Below, piece after piece: positions 9,736 through 21,547 of a stretch of DNA of 35,050 nucleotides (positions are counted from its first letter, which is position 1; every line of letters begins with the position of its first letter). Position numbers and translations under genes: made by a program. The notes below the pieces were generated by a model that searched no databases, was not told the origin of the DNA, and saw only the letters and a program-made list of their open reading frames with translations. The stretch covers positions 1-35,050 of the forward strand of contig JAAPAO010000372.1 of assembly GCA_013115145.1 (NCBI GenBank), read 5' to 3'. The stretch comes from Perkinsus chesapeaki ATCC PRA-425 (taxonomy: Eukaryota > Protista > Perkinsozoa).

Positions 9736-11992
9736 TCAATCGTGCTCTTCGTTTTCGCCAAAGTACATGCCATGGATGAAATTGTGATAAATCTGATCAC
9801 CGACGCCAAACGGCGCGTTGAACTCCTCAAAAGTAAGTTCACCGAACTCGTGGTATCTGAGAATCCTGAACACACTTAATAAGCACGATTTCCGCTCTAA
9901 CCCGAGGGAATCCCAGATGTCCATGGCTAACTCTCGAATGTCGAATGCGCGAGCGAAGGACGGCTCGCCGCCAGGGTTCAGGCAGAAGGTCTTTATAATG
10001 GCGCGGACGACTTCGCTTCTTTCCAGGGAGCCTGAATTGAGCTTCGACTTTGGCATGCTATTTCGACCGTACCGTTCCTGTTGCCGTCCCAGAAATCGAA
10101 CCATGCCATCGGATGCGAGTCGAGATCTGGAATATCTGACGGTCGCAGATTTACACTGTCTGATTTGATATTGTTGAAGTTTCGCAGAAGATACCTTGCA
10201 AGAGGTTTACTGGTGTACACCAAATCATAAGCCTACTGACGAAGGCCTCTCCGAGGCTCCACAAATTCAGTGAGCGTGATGACGCCGTCATTATCAGGGT
10301 CCCAGACCTCCCAATTGTCCTCGATCGCCCTAATAGTCGACGAATGAACAGTCTCTTCTCGCGAGTGCTACACAGCTAGCTTGTCTCTTGCTACTGGCAA
10401 GACCGCTCCAAGGGCGCCAAGGACCTCCTCCTGGTCTAGGGTCCCCCCGGAATCGATGTCACAGAGCTGAAACCATGCTCTGGGATCCTGAATAGATTCA
10501 ACCCCGTCCGATCAAGCCGGAACGCTAAGTCGAACCTTGAAGACGTCCGGTAGAGTTTTTATCTCGCTAAATCTGGCTCCACAAATAGGGCACTCTTGGG
10601 CAGACGGGTAGCCTGCGGCGCGTGCATCCGACCTTGAAAAATATCTTACACGATTGCTAATGGGTCGCATTCTACGCATTCTTAGCCACGAGCCTTTTTA
10701 TGCACTCTGTGTGGAAGTAGTGCGGACACGCTCGTCGGCTTTGAAGACGTAGGATGCCCACTGGCAGGCGGAAGAGCTCAAAGTAGCATACCGAACACTC
10801 GTTGAATCTAATGCAATCAAGTACGCTGTTTGTCTTGTACCGATACGCTCTGACCTTTCAGCTATACTAAGCGATTCGTAGCGTCGCGAAAGTACAGTAG
10901 GAGCTAACCATTGTGGTAGAACTTCAAGGCTGATCACACTGAGCACCTGGCAGGCGGTCCACTTCTCAACAGGAAAACCCCTCACGAGCCCAGTCTGATC
11001 GTTTCTCCATTCTTTCTCTGTCTCTACTGCTCGCACTATGTCCGGAGGTTCCCCTGTGTCCCACGAGAGACTAAGGACCTATGTGACGCTGATCACTCAT
11101 GTGGGAGAGTTCGAGACATCTCACGTTCTCAGCAAGCCGCCACATACCGACGAACTGGCGTCTTCTGGAGTAAAATATTCCTTGATCGGGTGCGCCAATG
11201 GGATCCTCGGGTTCGTTGAACAGGAAAAGATCTTCTTCGGGCCACTTAGGGTTAGTTGCCTGAAGCGAAACGTCGTCAATACTGCTCCCAGCTGGACGAT
11301 GCTAAAATTCCTCTTGGAATATCAGAAGCGCTCGTAGTGTAACGGTATCATACAAGCTTCCCATGCTTGTGACCCGGGTTCGACTCCCGGCGGGCGCAGT
11401 TTATATTACCTTCATGCTCACTGTGGACAATTGAGGTCTGCTAACCTGCGTATCTAAGCTTGTTTTACGATGAACTCTATTGGGACCTGACTTATCCCAT
11501 ACTCATTAAACAACTTCCCCTTCTGTCAGTCAACTCACCCTGTGATCTATTCCTAACACCCCGCAGAGCACCTACTCCCATTTTCAACGCTCGGCAGCAC
11601 CCTTCTTCAACACAATTATTTTTGGGCGCGCGCCAAGTCATGCAACCGCGCAGGAAATGGATTTGTAGATGGCCGTTGATTGAAGCCCAGGTTTCGCAGG
11701 TTACCGCTTGCTGCGAGGTCCATGCAATAAAGAACAAACAGCTCACAATTATGCTCGCTTAGCTTTGCGTCCTCGACTGCCTCCACAGACCTCGATCCCC
11801 ATGGCTCAGTCCCCCGGTGACGTCGCACAATACTTTTGCCGTGGAGGATGGGATCGTTCACTCCAGTTTCATTGTCTTAAATGTTTACTTCATCGCCCCA
11901 TGATTACTGCTCTGCCACACAGCTTGCCTCGGCCACTCAGGACTGGCAGCCACCGCCTCCACTGACAGGAGACTCAGATTTCGAGACGCCAT
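9736..11992 (-). CDS. RING-H2 finger + EF-hand protein (putative Ca-regulated E3 ligase), multi-exon; core 9736-10800 firm, 5' extension tentative
   Basis: CSVC (10786-10797)..CPHYFHTEC..CPIC (10581-10592) fits C3H2C3. EF-loops DIDSGGTLDQEE, DPDNDGVITLTE and DGNRNG|SLERSE, plus a degenerate fourth. Confidence 0.78.
11328..11398 (+). tRNA. tRNA-Gly(CCC)
   Basis: Full cloverleaf: acceptor GCGCTCG/CGGGCGC, D-stem GTGT/ATAC, anticodon stem CAAGC/GCTTG with loop TTCCCAT, T-arm CCGGG-TTCGACT-CCCGG. Confidence 0.96.
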
Positions 11993-12563
11993 GCTTGATA
12001 GGTGTAAGCCTTCCCACCACGACGACGCTCATCTCTTCTTATATTATTTGCCAATAGAAACTGCACTTGACAATCAACACAGTCCAGTGGAAGAGTAAAG
12101 AACAGACTCTTGAGCTGTGGTCTGATCGATCCTCGTGGCGGATTGGTCGGGACGCGGGGAATGACGTCCAGGTTCTAGATCCGAAGGTCTCAACCGTCCA
12201 TGTAAAGTCTGACGGACTCCGGTGCGTTTAAAGCTTTTACAGGTTCGAATAGATCATGATCCTTCTAGTGACGATCCCGACGAGCAGATTACTATCACTG
12301 ATGTGTCCCGGAACGGGACTTACCTCGGCACACGGCGACTGCAGCCTAATAAAACCGAGGTTCTCAAGTACTAGAACGGAGAACAATCTCACCCATGAGC
12401 TTTGGTATTGCTCAGACCGGGGGCATCATTCTCCTTGGTTACTTCCCCTTATATCCGAGGCCACCCTGAGCCACTGTTACAGGCGACCTGGAAACCATCT
12501 GGGTTTGAAGAGCCCATAAAGGAGTTTGTCAACTCGGACCCTGTTATTGGTCTAACACAGGCG

Positions 12564-15192
12564 ATGCCTCCGGGCCCTACACAAGGTGGGAGCGCTAAGC
12601 GATGCGCAATTTTTACGGTTTTTCTATCAGTTCAGCAGGAGACAGCCCCGCAGCGTAAGAAGGAGCGTGAGACTGTCGGACAGCAGGATCCTGTTATAGC
12701 CCAGCTTAGTGGGGATATCAAGTACTATCTTATCTCGAGCTCAACGGGATCACCAGTTAGATTTCAATGGCGACCGTCGACTGCCAAAATGTCGAAGGAT
12801 GGTCTGCGGAGCTCGGTCGTGATCGGCCGGAATCCCGCGTCGGAGATAGTTGTCAATGACGATAGGATATCTGGCTCGTAATAGGAATGAGAGCAGCAAC
12901 AGTCGTTGGTGGAAGTATGGTGTTGCTATTTTAAGGCATGTCACTTTGGAGCACGACGGGGCGTCATTCCATATAATAGATTCCTCGACTAATGGAACGT
13001 ATCTTAATGAGGAAAGGTTACCTAAGAAACATGTAGGAAGACGGGGGTGGGTTGAATAGGGGTAGTTGGGCCATTTCGAGGAACCTAGGACACTGGGATG
13101 GCCATTCTTAGAGAATGGTTATATGTTACGAGTGATGCGGAGTGGGAGATATAATAGAAAGGTGTTTGGTAGGAACCAGCGGAAGTATCGCAAAGAGTGT
13201 CTTTTATTGTCTGCTTGTAGTGTAAACAATTAAAGTGCTCTGTCTGGGAATAGTCGATGCTTCTTCGTGATTCCTTAACCCATAGCGCTCTTTTCGGACC
13301 CTTCTCCAGTTGTCAGCCTCGAGCCCTATTTCCAAATACGATCGTCATCGTGGTGGTGGTTTGGATTGCGGTTCCTCGAACTCTACCGAAATTTTCTAAT
13401 CAAAAGCTCTGAGCTGCCAAAACCGTTCCTATTGTACTTTTCCATGATTTGGCGCTCACCGATGGATATGATGCTCAGGTACATCCTCTGAAGTCGGGAG
13501 ACCATGTGTCGCTGGCGTCTCTTGGAAAAGATGTCTTGCAGGCACCAGGGGTAGAACCTGGGATCGTAGGATGAAAGCACAGCGCTCCCCTCACTGAGCT
13601 ATTTAGGAGTTCACATTTCGTGCAGTGCTCACAGAATATAAGTATAGCGCTGTCCACGGCAATGTCGATGTAGTGAGGCCGCTTGGCAAGAAGGCACCAA
13701 GCATCACAGCTGTCAACACAGCCGACTCGGACCCCCCTCGGGACACTTTCGGTCGAGCCTTGGAGGACTTGTACGTTTCTGGATGGTGACGCCTTTGTTA
13801 CTGGGGATGTGTCAGGTATTATATAAATGCTCGGCTTGGACAGGGTAACTTCGCCACGGTCCACAGCGCGACAGAGAAAAAGGAAGGAGGAAGGCAAGTG
13901 GCAATTAAGGAGTTGGACTTAGCCAAGTTGCTGAAGTTCCAGCAAAACACTAAGTCTAATAGTGTCACTTTTCGGTAGGTATATGGATTTCATACCGCTC
14001 TTTACTCTGATCAGGTCCGAATTCGAGGTGCTCCGCGAACTTAACCATCCCGCCATTGTTAAATTTTACACCTATTTCGAGAACTCTCGAAGCCTGTTTA
14101 TCGTGACCGAGCTGATGAAGGGCGGCGACCTGTTGGATCGTCTTCTGAATAATGGAGCGTAATCTGGGGCGCGCGGGAAAATTTATTCCGTTTTTCTTCT
14201 GGCAGGTATCGGGAGGCAGATGCTCGAGTGCTATTTAGGGACTTGTGCAGCGGAGTGGCGTATATGCATAGTCATAATATCATTCACCGTGATTTAAAAC
14301 CAGAAAATGTCGGTCGGGGGGTTCGAACCTGCGCTGGTCTAATGGATGGTCTTTTGTTAGATATTACTAACCGCTGATCAGCGGCACGGTAAAATATCCG
14401 ATTTGGGCTTAGCTCGGCACACTAATCCTCTCACTGGGGAGGCTGCAGGTGAGGGCGGGGATTCGAGCAACCTCGAAGATGCTCTACAGTGGAGTAATGC
14501 TGGTGTTGTTATATAGGAAGTTTGGTAGGAAGTGTGGGCCTAGCTATTAGATACTGGTAGCTGATCTTCTATTAATGTCTGGGAGATAATCTTCATAGAG
14601 TCGATCTCCCAATGATTTGGGCAGAAATAATAATAGTTTTCATACCTACATCTACATCTCTCATCATCTCATCATCTCTGACATATTCTATAACCGCGAT
14701 CAGCTGTATATTTTACCGTACTCCATTCGGTTCTAGGCGGGATTCGGGTTTTCGGGTTTCGGGTTTTCTTCTGTGTGGTTCACGCTTGTTCAGGTACCTA
14801 CTGTGGCACTCCACACTACTTCGCCCCGGAAATGGTTATGTTGAAGCTCGGTCAAAGGGGAACATACGACAACAAGGTCGATTGCTGGGCACTTGGAGTC
14901 ATATTGTGAGAAAAATGCAAGGTGCCGGGATCGAACCTGCGCGGGATAGGTATGTGATTCTCTCGGCAACCCCGCCGTTTGCAGCTGATGATGATCCTGA
15001 TGGTAATGGTGGAGTGTTAGATCAGAAAATATTAAATGCCGAGTAAAAATGGCGGTGGTGGGAATCGAACCTGCGCGGCAGATACACGTTCGCCTATGCT
15101 GAATGGGAGGACGTCACAGAGACGGCCAAGGACCTAATTGACATGTTCTTGCAAGTTGATGATAGAAAACGATGGTCAGCTCAGCGAGCATT
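12564..15192 (+). CDS. FHA-domain Ser/Thr kinase, CHK2/Cds1/Rad53-like, multi-exon; last exon unresolved (gene extends past 15192)
   Basis: FHA motifs [23 protein letters not shown] and [10 protein letters not shown]. Kinase motifs [45 protein letters not shown] and AKDLI. Splice phases checked for the C-lobe introns. Confidence 0.9.
14309..14360 (+). other. Intron with antisense tRNA T-arm/B-box (GGTTCGAACCTGCGC)
   Basis: GT..AG intron between KPEN and ILL, phase 0. Confidence 0.75.
14906..14949 (+). other. 44-nt intron that is essentially an antisense tRNA-gene 3' end
   Basis: Reverse complement reads GCAGG-TTCGATC-CCGGC-ACCTTGC-A-TTTTT. Splicing restores GVILYVILS. Confidence 0.8.
15043..15081 (+). 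other. 39-nt intron that is essentially an antisense tRNA-gene 3' end
   Basis: Reverse complement reads GCAGG-TTCGATT-CCCAC-CACCGCC-A-TTTTT. Splicing restores NAEYTF. Confidence 0.8.
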
Positions 15193-15803
15193 GTAGGCAT
15201 TAGGAGGTCGTGGGTTCGAACCCTGGTGGGGTTATATTTTAATTGATATATTCTCTCATCTCGAAGTGTATCTGATTGACCTGTCCACTGCTACGCATGA
15301 CGATTGATGATGGCGTGCACTCCTACGCACAGTTTTCCTAGTCTTCAAGACTTCCCTCTGACATCCATTTCGTAATAGCCTTTTATCGCCTATTTATGAT
15401 AGCTGTTATAGACTGTTTTAAGGCTCCCTGTTGAGGAAAAGGGAATATTCAATAATAATTTAGATGTTCATTGGTGAGTCATTCTGTGTAGGGACGAGCA
15501 CCAATGGTTCGTAAGTAATGACCACGACGAGTCCACAGCAGCGCCGAGCTCTCCACCAGCAGCTAAGCGAAGGAAAACAATGACGGAGAGTGATGAGGGG
15601 GATAATGGTGAGAGTTGAGGAAGGAGCGGTATGGCGCAATGGTTGTTGTTGCACGCATGCGCATGTAGAATTTACCGGGACGGAGCTGTCGGATAGTCCG
15701 TCGAAGCTATCAGCCAATAGATGCAGCAGATCAATTCGAACAACGTCGACTCATGAGTGAGGTTCGACGTTGGTGAGTAGCAGCAACAATGCAGTATTTT
15801 CTC

Positions 15804-18800
15804 ATGGGGTCTCTTTTTGTTGAGTTATTGCGGGTGAACCGGTAAGATATTTCGCAGCTCAACTTGTGCCACCATGCAGCCACCCTCGGCGGCAGTTTCT
15901 TGCTTTTCCTCCCGAATTGAAGTCCGAGGTTTCGGAAACAAGTGGTGAGTTCACAGCGCAGATGAGGTCCGGTTTATGACGCTTCGTTGATTAGGTTCGT
16001 CGGACAGTTCGCTGGGATTGATGTTATCGCAGGAGAGGTATCTTAGCTTCATGCGTGCATGATACGCTGAGGGTCTATGTCAGGTTCGAGTCACCTTCCC
16101 GGATAACATTGAGCAGCCTCGAATAGTTCCAATTTCTGCAGTAAGTGTGGTTTTTATGTATTTCGCTGATTGTCCCACAGGTCCGATTTATCCCTAAACG
16201 CTCCTCAGGGTTGTCACCGTTTAAGCCCAGTTCTGGCGACAGAGTTGAGGTAAGCTCGTCATCATCCTCTAGAGCATTATTATTACTACTACTACCGAAT
16301 CATAAACCTTCGTATTTCACCGATCGTCTGTCGTGGTGGTGTGAAGTGGTTGCGAATAAGTTACGCTCATTTGCTCAAATAGCAGCGCTTGCGCAAACAT
16401 CAAATTAGATAATTATGACTCGGGCAGTAGTCAGGTTAGTCTATAGAATACTAAGGACTTCTAGTCTGGGATCCTCCCGACGCGTCACCAGAGGCGACGG
16501 CTCGTCGTTCGATCATCTTTATTTATTTTACGAGTCATTGGAGCCGACTACGACGACGACCGACGTATTGATGGTCTTAGCTTACACATTGAATTGTTGT
16601 CAAATACTTTATCAACGCAAATCCTGACGGGCCTGCGTTAAGCTTCGGCAGCAGGCCGACGAATTATTGTTAACTATAGTTAGTGACATTCCTTCAGGTT
16701 TGGTCGGACGGTGGTGATGCCTGTCCTCCATTTTGGAGCCCTGGTGTGGTTATTGGTACTCGAGACGGTGTATATATCGTCAAGCTTGAAGAGGCAAATG
16801 AAGAAGGCACTGACGACGACGAGCCTAGGCCCGCAGAGGAGACGCTTTTTCAAGCCTCGCAGATCCGACCGCCGACATGTCTTCCGCTCGAGGTCGGGCG
16901 GGAGGATGAAGGCTCAGGGGGATATTTTGAAGGAGGCGATGAAAAGGAAGAAGCCCTTGATCGCAACGGCGACGTTGGCGAGCTTTCGTCGAGTAGCAGT
17001 GCGTGTGGTCGAAGCTGCTTTATTATTATCGTTTGACTTGTCAGGTTCACGTGACAACACTGCACCATTATTATCCAAGTTGAAAAGCAAAGTAATTGAT
17101 CTTCCGCTATCGCTTTCCGAATGGCTGATATCTGAGGATGGCAAAGGCTGCATGAGGCACATCGCAGCCAGCGCCAGATTAATCTCAGTAAGCACCGCTC
17201 CGTCATCTCAATTAGCAATCTCGATATGAGCAAACCTTGAGGGACTTTTCAAGCGCTGTGGCAGCCCCATCATCAACCGGCTCTGGAAAATAACAGAACA
17301 TACGGCACCTTGTCGATTTTTGCTTCAATATCGCGTCTTGTTTGATGATTTTTGTCAGTTTAGTGAGTAGTATATTTTAGACAGAGCAGTCATACCGGTG
17401 GTGTGTTACGGCAATGCTGTTCAGGGGACTTGAGTTGATCTCTTGACGAGTGACTTGTCTGATTCCAGCAAACTTCAACTCAGCCACACCCTTATATTGA
17501 ATACTCCTACGCGAGTCGGGAAGGCATGCTTATCGTTGCTCCCTTCTTTCATGGAAGAGTGATGATCAGGTATCAGTCCAAACCGCTCTATGCGTTAACC
17601 CACTGGTCCATATAATGGGTTTCGGCCACAGTCCTTCAAGAGCTTGTATGCTTTTGAGGATACACATCAAACATCAAATCGCAATACAACGATTCCACGA
17701 TTCTCTTCGATGCCTACCTCGGCCGTCGGTACCAATAATATCATCAACCAGCACGGTGAGTATCGGATGATGAAGTATCCCTAATCGCAGTGACCCGTAG
17801 TAGTCGTCGCAAATGCTCAAGCTCCTAGGTGTAGCAGTCGTACTATTTTGGGGAGACTGGATACTTTTGATAGGATCTGGTTTAAAAACTCCTTCGAATT
17901 TATTTTCATGTCCAATTTTGTGGTCGGTTGTATAGGTGTTGTTTTTGTTAGGTTGACTCAGCAAAGTCGAATAAGACACCTCGAGCGGCGCCGCCCAAGA
18001 AGCAAATCGCCTCAACGAAAGGATCAGAGAAGCACTCTAAACCAGCTGCAGCACCACCAAGGCCCCTGACGAATGACCATTCATCCAGTTCGTCAGTGTC
18101 GTTGAGGTCAAAGCAACCGGAGCCGGCAGAGGGGAAGATAATTATCAAGTTCCCGACGACCAGGAGGCTCGTGGGATTGACTATCGGCAAAGTTGGGGCG
18201 AATATAAGAAGTGTTCAAGAGGAGCTCGACGTTCATGTAGCCCCGCCGTCTTCTCCTCCTCTTAGCGTTATCTTATGGATTACAGGTCCGTGTGCTGGAG
18301 GTGTGCAATGATTCACCAACTGGATCTATGGTCATTATTGAGGGCACTTGTGAGGACGATGTTGCTCTTGCTAGAAGACGACTGGAGTTCTTCATCACCA
18401 AGTAGGTTGGTTGCCATAGTTGCATATTCTCGTAATGATTATCTGAGATCTTGAGCTTGTCAAGTAGCCGTTATTTCCAAAGCTGATGTCCCGAGGCTCC
18501 GGGGCATCATCCCTGTCCGTTCACAGTCTGCTCGTGAAGACGGGCTTCCCCATTATCCTCCGCATTTCATATATTTTAAAATCTCGTAGACGTCTCACTC
18601 CATGTGTTCTAGATACCCCATCCCCGAGGAGAGCGTCCAATGGGTTGTCGGGCCACGATTCTCCAACCTGGCAGCCCTGTCAGAGCAGACTGGTCTGCAT
18701 TACGCTAGATACGCTGACCTCGATGACGCTGGACAGAAGCAACCATGCATCGAAATGTGTGGTCGAGTGGACGAGATAGAGAAGGCCAAGACGCTAATAG

Positions 18801-18976
18801 AAAGTCATTTGCATTATAGAGAAGTGTTTCGAGATGTCAAGGCGAAGAGAATTAGTCTGATCAACGCAATTAACGCTCAATCAATCAGCAGTAGCTCGGG
18901 TAGGCCTACTCCACCACCCTCCAGAGCTCCATCTTTGATTCAGGCAAACCACCGACGAGCCTATCTATCGGGGTAG
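15804..18976 (+). CDS. FMR1/FXR-like RNA-binding protein (tandem Agenet/Tudor + KH domains), multi-exon
   Basis: Spliced N-terminus MGSLFVELL..VRVTFPDN..VPISAVRFIP..GDRVEVWS..PPFWSPGVVIGTRDGVYIVKL parallels the FMRP Agenet repeats. KH motif IGKVGANI. A second KH ends in AKTLIESHLHY. Confidence 0.8.
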
Positions 18977-19216
18977 AAAAGTTTGGGAGTAAGGAGTCTA
19001 TATCAAGCGAAACTCCAGCTGCATCGACAATTGATTCGATGGATCGGTCGTCTGTCTGCGGTACTTTAGACATTTGAATGATGAATGTTGTTGTTGGACT
19101 TAAAGCCGATAAGAGATCCTATATTTTCTGTATCGTCGTCATCGTAGTAGTAGTCTTTCAAAAGTTATCATAATCATTTTTCTACTTGCAGCAAGCTCTC
19201 GTCACGAGAGCTTGCT

Positions 19217-19252
19217 GACTGTCATGACTGTCACGACTGTCACGACTGTCAT
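19217..19252. repeat. Tandem 9-mer (GACTGTCAY)x4
   Basis: Read directly from the sequence; intergenic. Confidence 0.9.
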
Positions 19253-19839
19253 CCTCATCGATGAAGATAGATTATTATTAAAGTTAAAGCAGTCACTGAT
19301 CAGCATGATGATGATGATAGTGCTATGAGATTGTTGTTGTCACTACTATTAGTATTTACATTAATGTATAGGTTAAGTCAATAGCAACAACAAGAACACT
19401 GTAGAAGCGAAATCATCATCATTACTCTTGTGTTGGTCAATTTACTTGTCTTCGTTGAGGCCACCCTAACGAATAGGTATTTGTCGACTTTTCATTTGCC
19501 ATCAGCACACATAGATTGGAGTTTATGAGATCGTCTTAGACCACGACGATGATAGCGGAACCTCAGAAAGTAGACAGACCTGTAAGGTGTCACACGCCGC
19601 GTCTCAGGACTAGTGTCATGGAGAGGAGCATCACTTCACTCAGCAAAGCCACTCCTGGTCAATCACGTAGCTCGTCCTTGGTAGCCGTGAAATACTCGAC
19701 CGCTGGTGAATGTCAGCAATTACTTTTTAAATGGCTTTATTGCAGTTGGAGGTCCTGTTGGCAGTCATTTCGCTTATTTGTTCAGTAGATGGTCTCAAGC
19801 TCCTTCGAGAGGAGGTGAGATAGAGCACGTAGAGCAACG

Positions 19840-21547
19840 ATGGATTTGTCTTCGCAGCCGGAGAATAGTATAGTGGCTGGGGCGCCCCTCAACGAAGAAG
19901 CGCCAGAGCAAGTCGATCAGGCTGCTGATGCCTATGTAGGGGTGGAAGATGTCTCCCAAGCTTCGTTGTTCAAGATCATTTTAGTGGGACGGCGAGGAGC
20001 CGAAGTTGAATCTTATGAACAAGGTCGACTGGTCCACTATGGGCACCGAGCCACCTAAGAAGGCTTTCGAGAATTATCGAACAGCTGCGAAGATTAAGTT
20101 CCTCATGCCGGACCTGAGATGGAATCCTGAGTAAGCTTAGTTGTGCTCGTGAGAGATGATCTACTCTCGAAGATATCTCTGCTATAGAGTGCCTACAGTA
20201 CTACTGTAACACTACTGTACTACTAGTACAGTACTTAGCACTGTACTACTAGTACTTAGCTGTACTAGTACTACTTTACCTACTGTAACAGTAGGTACCT
20301 CATAGTAGAGATATCTTTAAGTAGATAATCAACTTAGCTATTTAGTGTGTACTTGATGACTAACCAGTGATCGGTAGTGTAGATTAGCCATACCACTAGA
20401 AGCTGCGAGAAGCTCTATGCGTCTCAACCATGGAGATAGATAGAATAAGGCGAAGTGCATTCGGCAAGAATCTTCATTATTGGCGGCTAGTCTTGATCAC
20501 ACCGTAGGCGCCTGTCAGAAATATAAACTTGGGTCGAAATTATTCCCGAGTCGAATTTCGTGGCGAGAGCCTCTTCCGGTCGGCAGGTATCCAGTCACCA
20601 TCCCCGATGATGTTCTATCAGCCAAGCTCCCCGTTGGGGCGCTTTCACGGTTCATGCTGGAGGATCCGGGGCCGAGGTGCGCTTCCGCTCTTCGGTTGTG
20701 TTGGGATAATTCCTCAAAAGATACGCAGCTATGGTGCAAGACCTGTATACGCCAGACTATATGCTAGATGTGAAAAATATGGTAGCTCGCTCGGTGGTCC
20801 GCGCGAAGCATTACTGCTGTTGTTCCGTCAGCCCGATAACACCACAAAGGTTGTGAAGCGTGTCTCCGAGACCCAACTGCAGACCGACTCGGGAGTGGAT
20901 CTTAGCTCCATCATGCCCTTCATGGTCAGCTCCACGCTGAGGTTGCCGCATTCGGAGTCCGAATTTAGGCTGACGTGCCGAATGCGCCGCCGCCGATCGA
21001 TCCAGAGCTTCAATATGTCCCTCCTGGAGCGTCCGCAGCTGCTAGGGCGCATGTAGCATCTGCGTGATGGTGCCGTTGTGGAATGTTTGTTGTTCAGCCT
21101 GTTAAGATTGCAGTCGGTATCGACCAGAACGGGCGGGAATTATGGGACACTGTGAGCTGGACGAGCTGCTGATTGTTGTCATTTTCGTTGGTTAGATCGG
21201 CCAATACTCTGGTGAGCAGGATACCAGGAATGGAGTGCAGACACCGAATAAGTTGGATGCCATCAAGGAGTTGAGAAAGTGAACAGAGGGCCCTTTGTCT
21301 GTCAAAGATTGATGTTTGCTCAGGAAATTGCAGCAACAACAACAGAGTCTCATACAGCGCCATGTTGTTGAGAAAAAGGTGGGAGCAAGCTAAAGTGATT
21401 GTTGTGAGCCTTGGCTTTCAGAAGGCTCCACCGGGGAAGACCAACTGTGATCCATACGGGTATGATGCGAACAAGAAGTTTAAACCGTGCAAGCATATTG
21501 AATATCGAGCTGCCTCCAGACCACAGTCGAGCGATGATAACGAATGA
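19840..21547 (+). CDS. Hypothetical multi-exon protein
   Basis: ATG at 19840. Coding-like exons bounded by GT/AG (..DWSTMGTEPPKKAFENYRTAAKIKFLMPDLRWNP.., ..KAPPGKTNCDPYGYDANKKFKPCKHIEY..*). No family recognised. Confidence 0.55.
20159..20326. mobile_element. MITE-like foldback element inside an intron
   Basis: Imperfect terminal inverted repeats of about 40 nt (ATCTAC..AAGATATCTCT.CTAT.GAG..CCTAC / GTAGG..CTCATAG.AGAGATATCTT..GTAGAT) around a TACTAGTACAGTAC low-complexity core. Confidence 0.6.

Noticed and set aside
16082-16092. AGGTTCGAGTC B-box-like motif
   Set aside because: It lies at an exon start encoding VRVT of the FMR1-like protein and lacks tRNA 3'-end geometry.
16145-17233. Several overlapping 70-170 aa ORFs with Ser/Thr runs
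   Set aside because: They are explained as intron read-through or alternative frames of the FMR1-like gene.
19960-19990. SLFKIILVG resembling a Rab GTPase N-terminus
   Set aside because: No P-loop GxxxxGKS follows. The VG falls on a probable splice donor.
21094-21363. 89-aa Leu-rich minus-strand ORF
   Set aside because: It is antisense to plus-strand exons with good splice signals and is treated as a shadow ORF.
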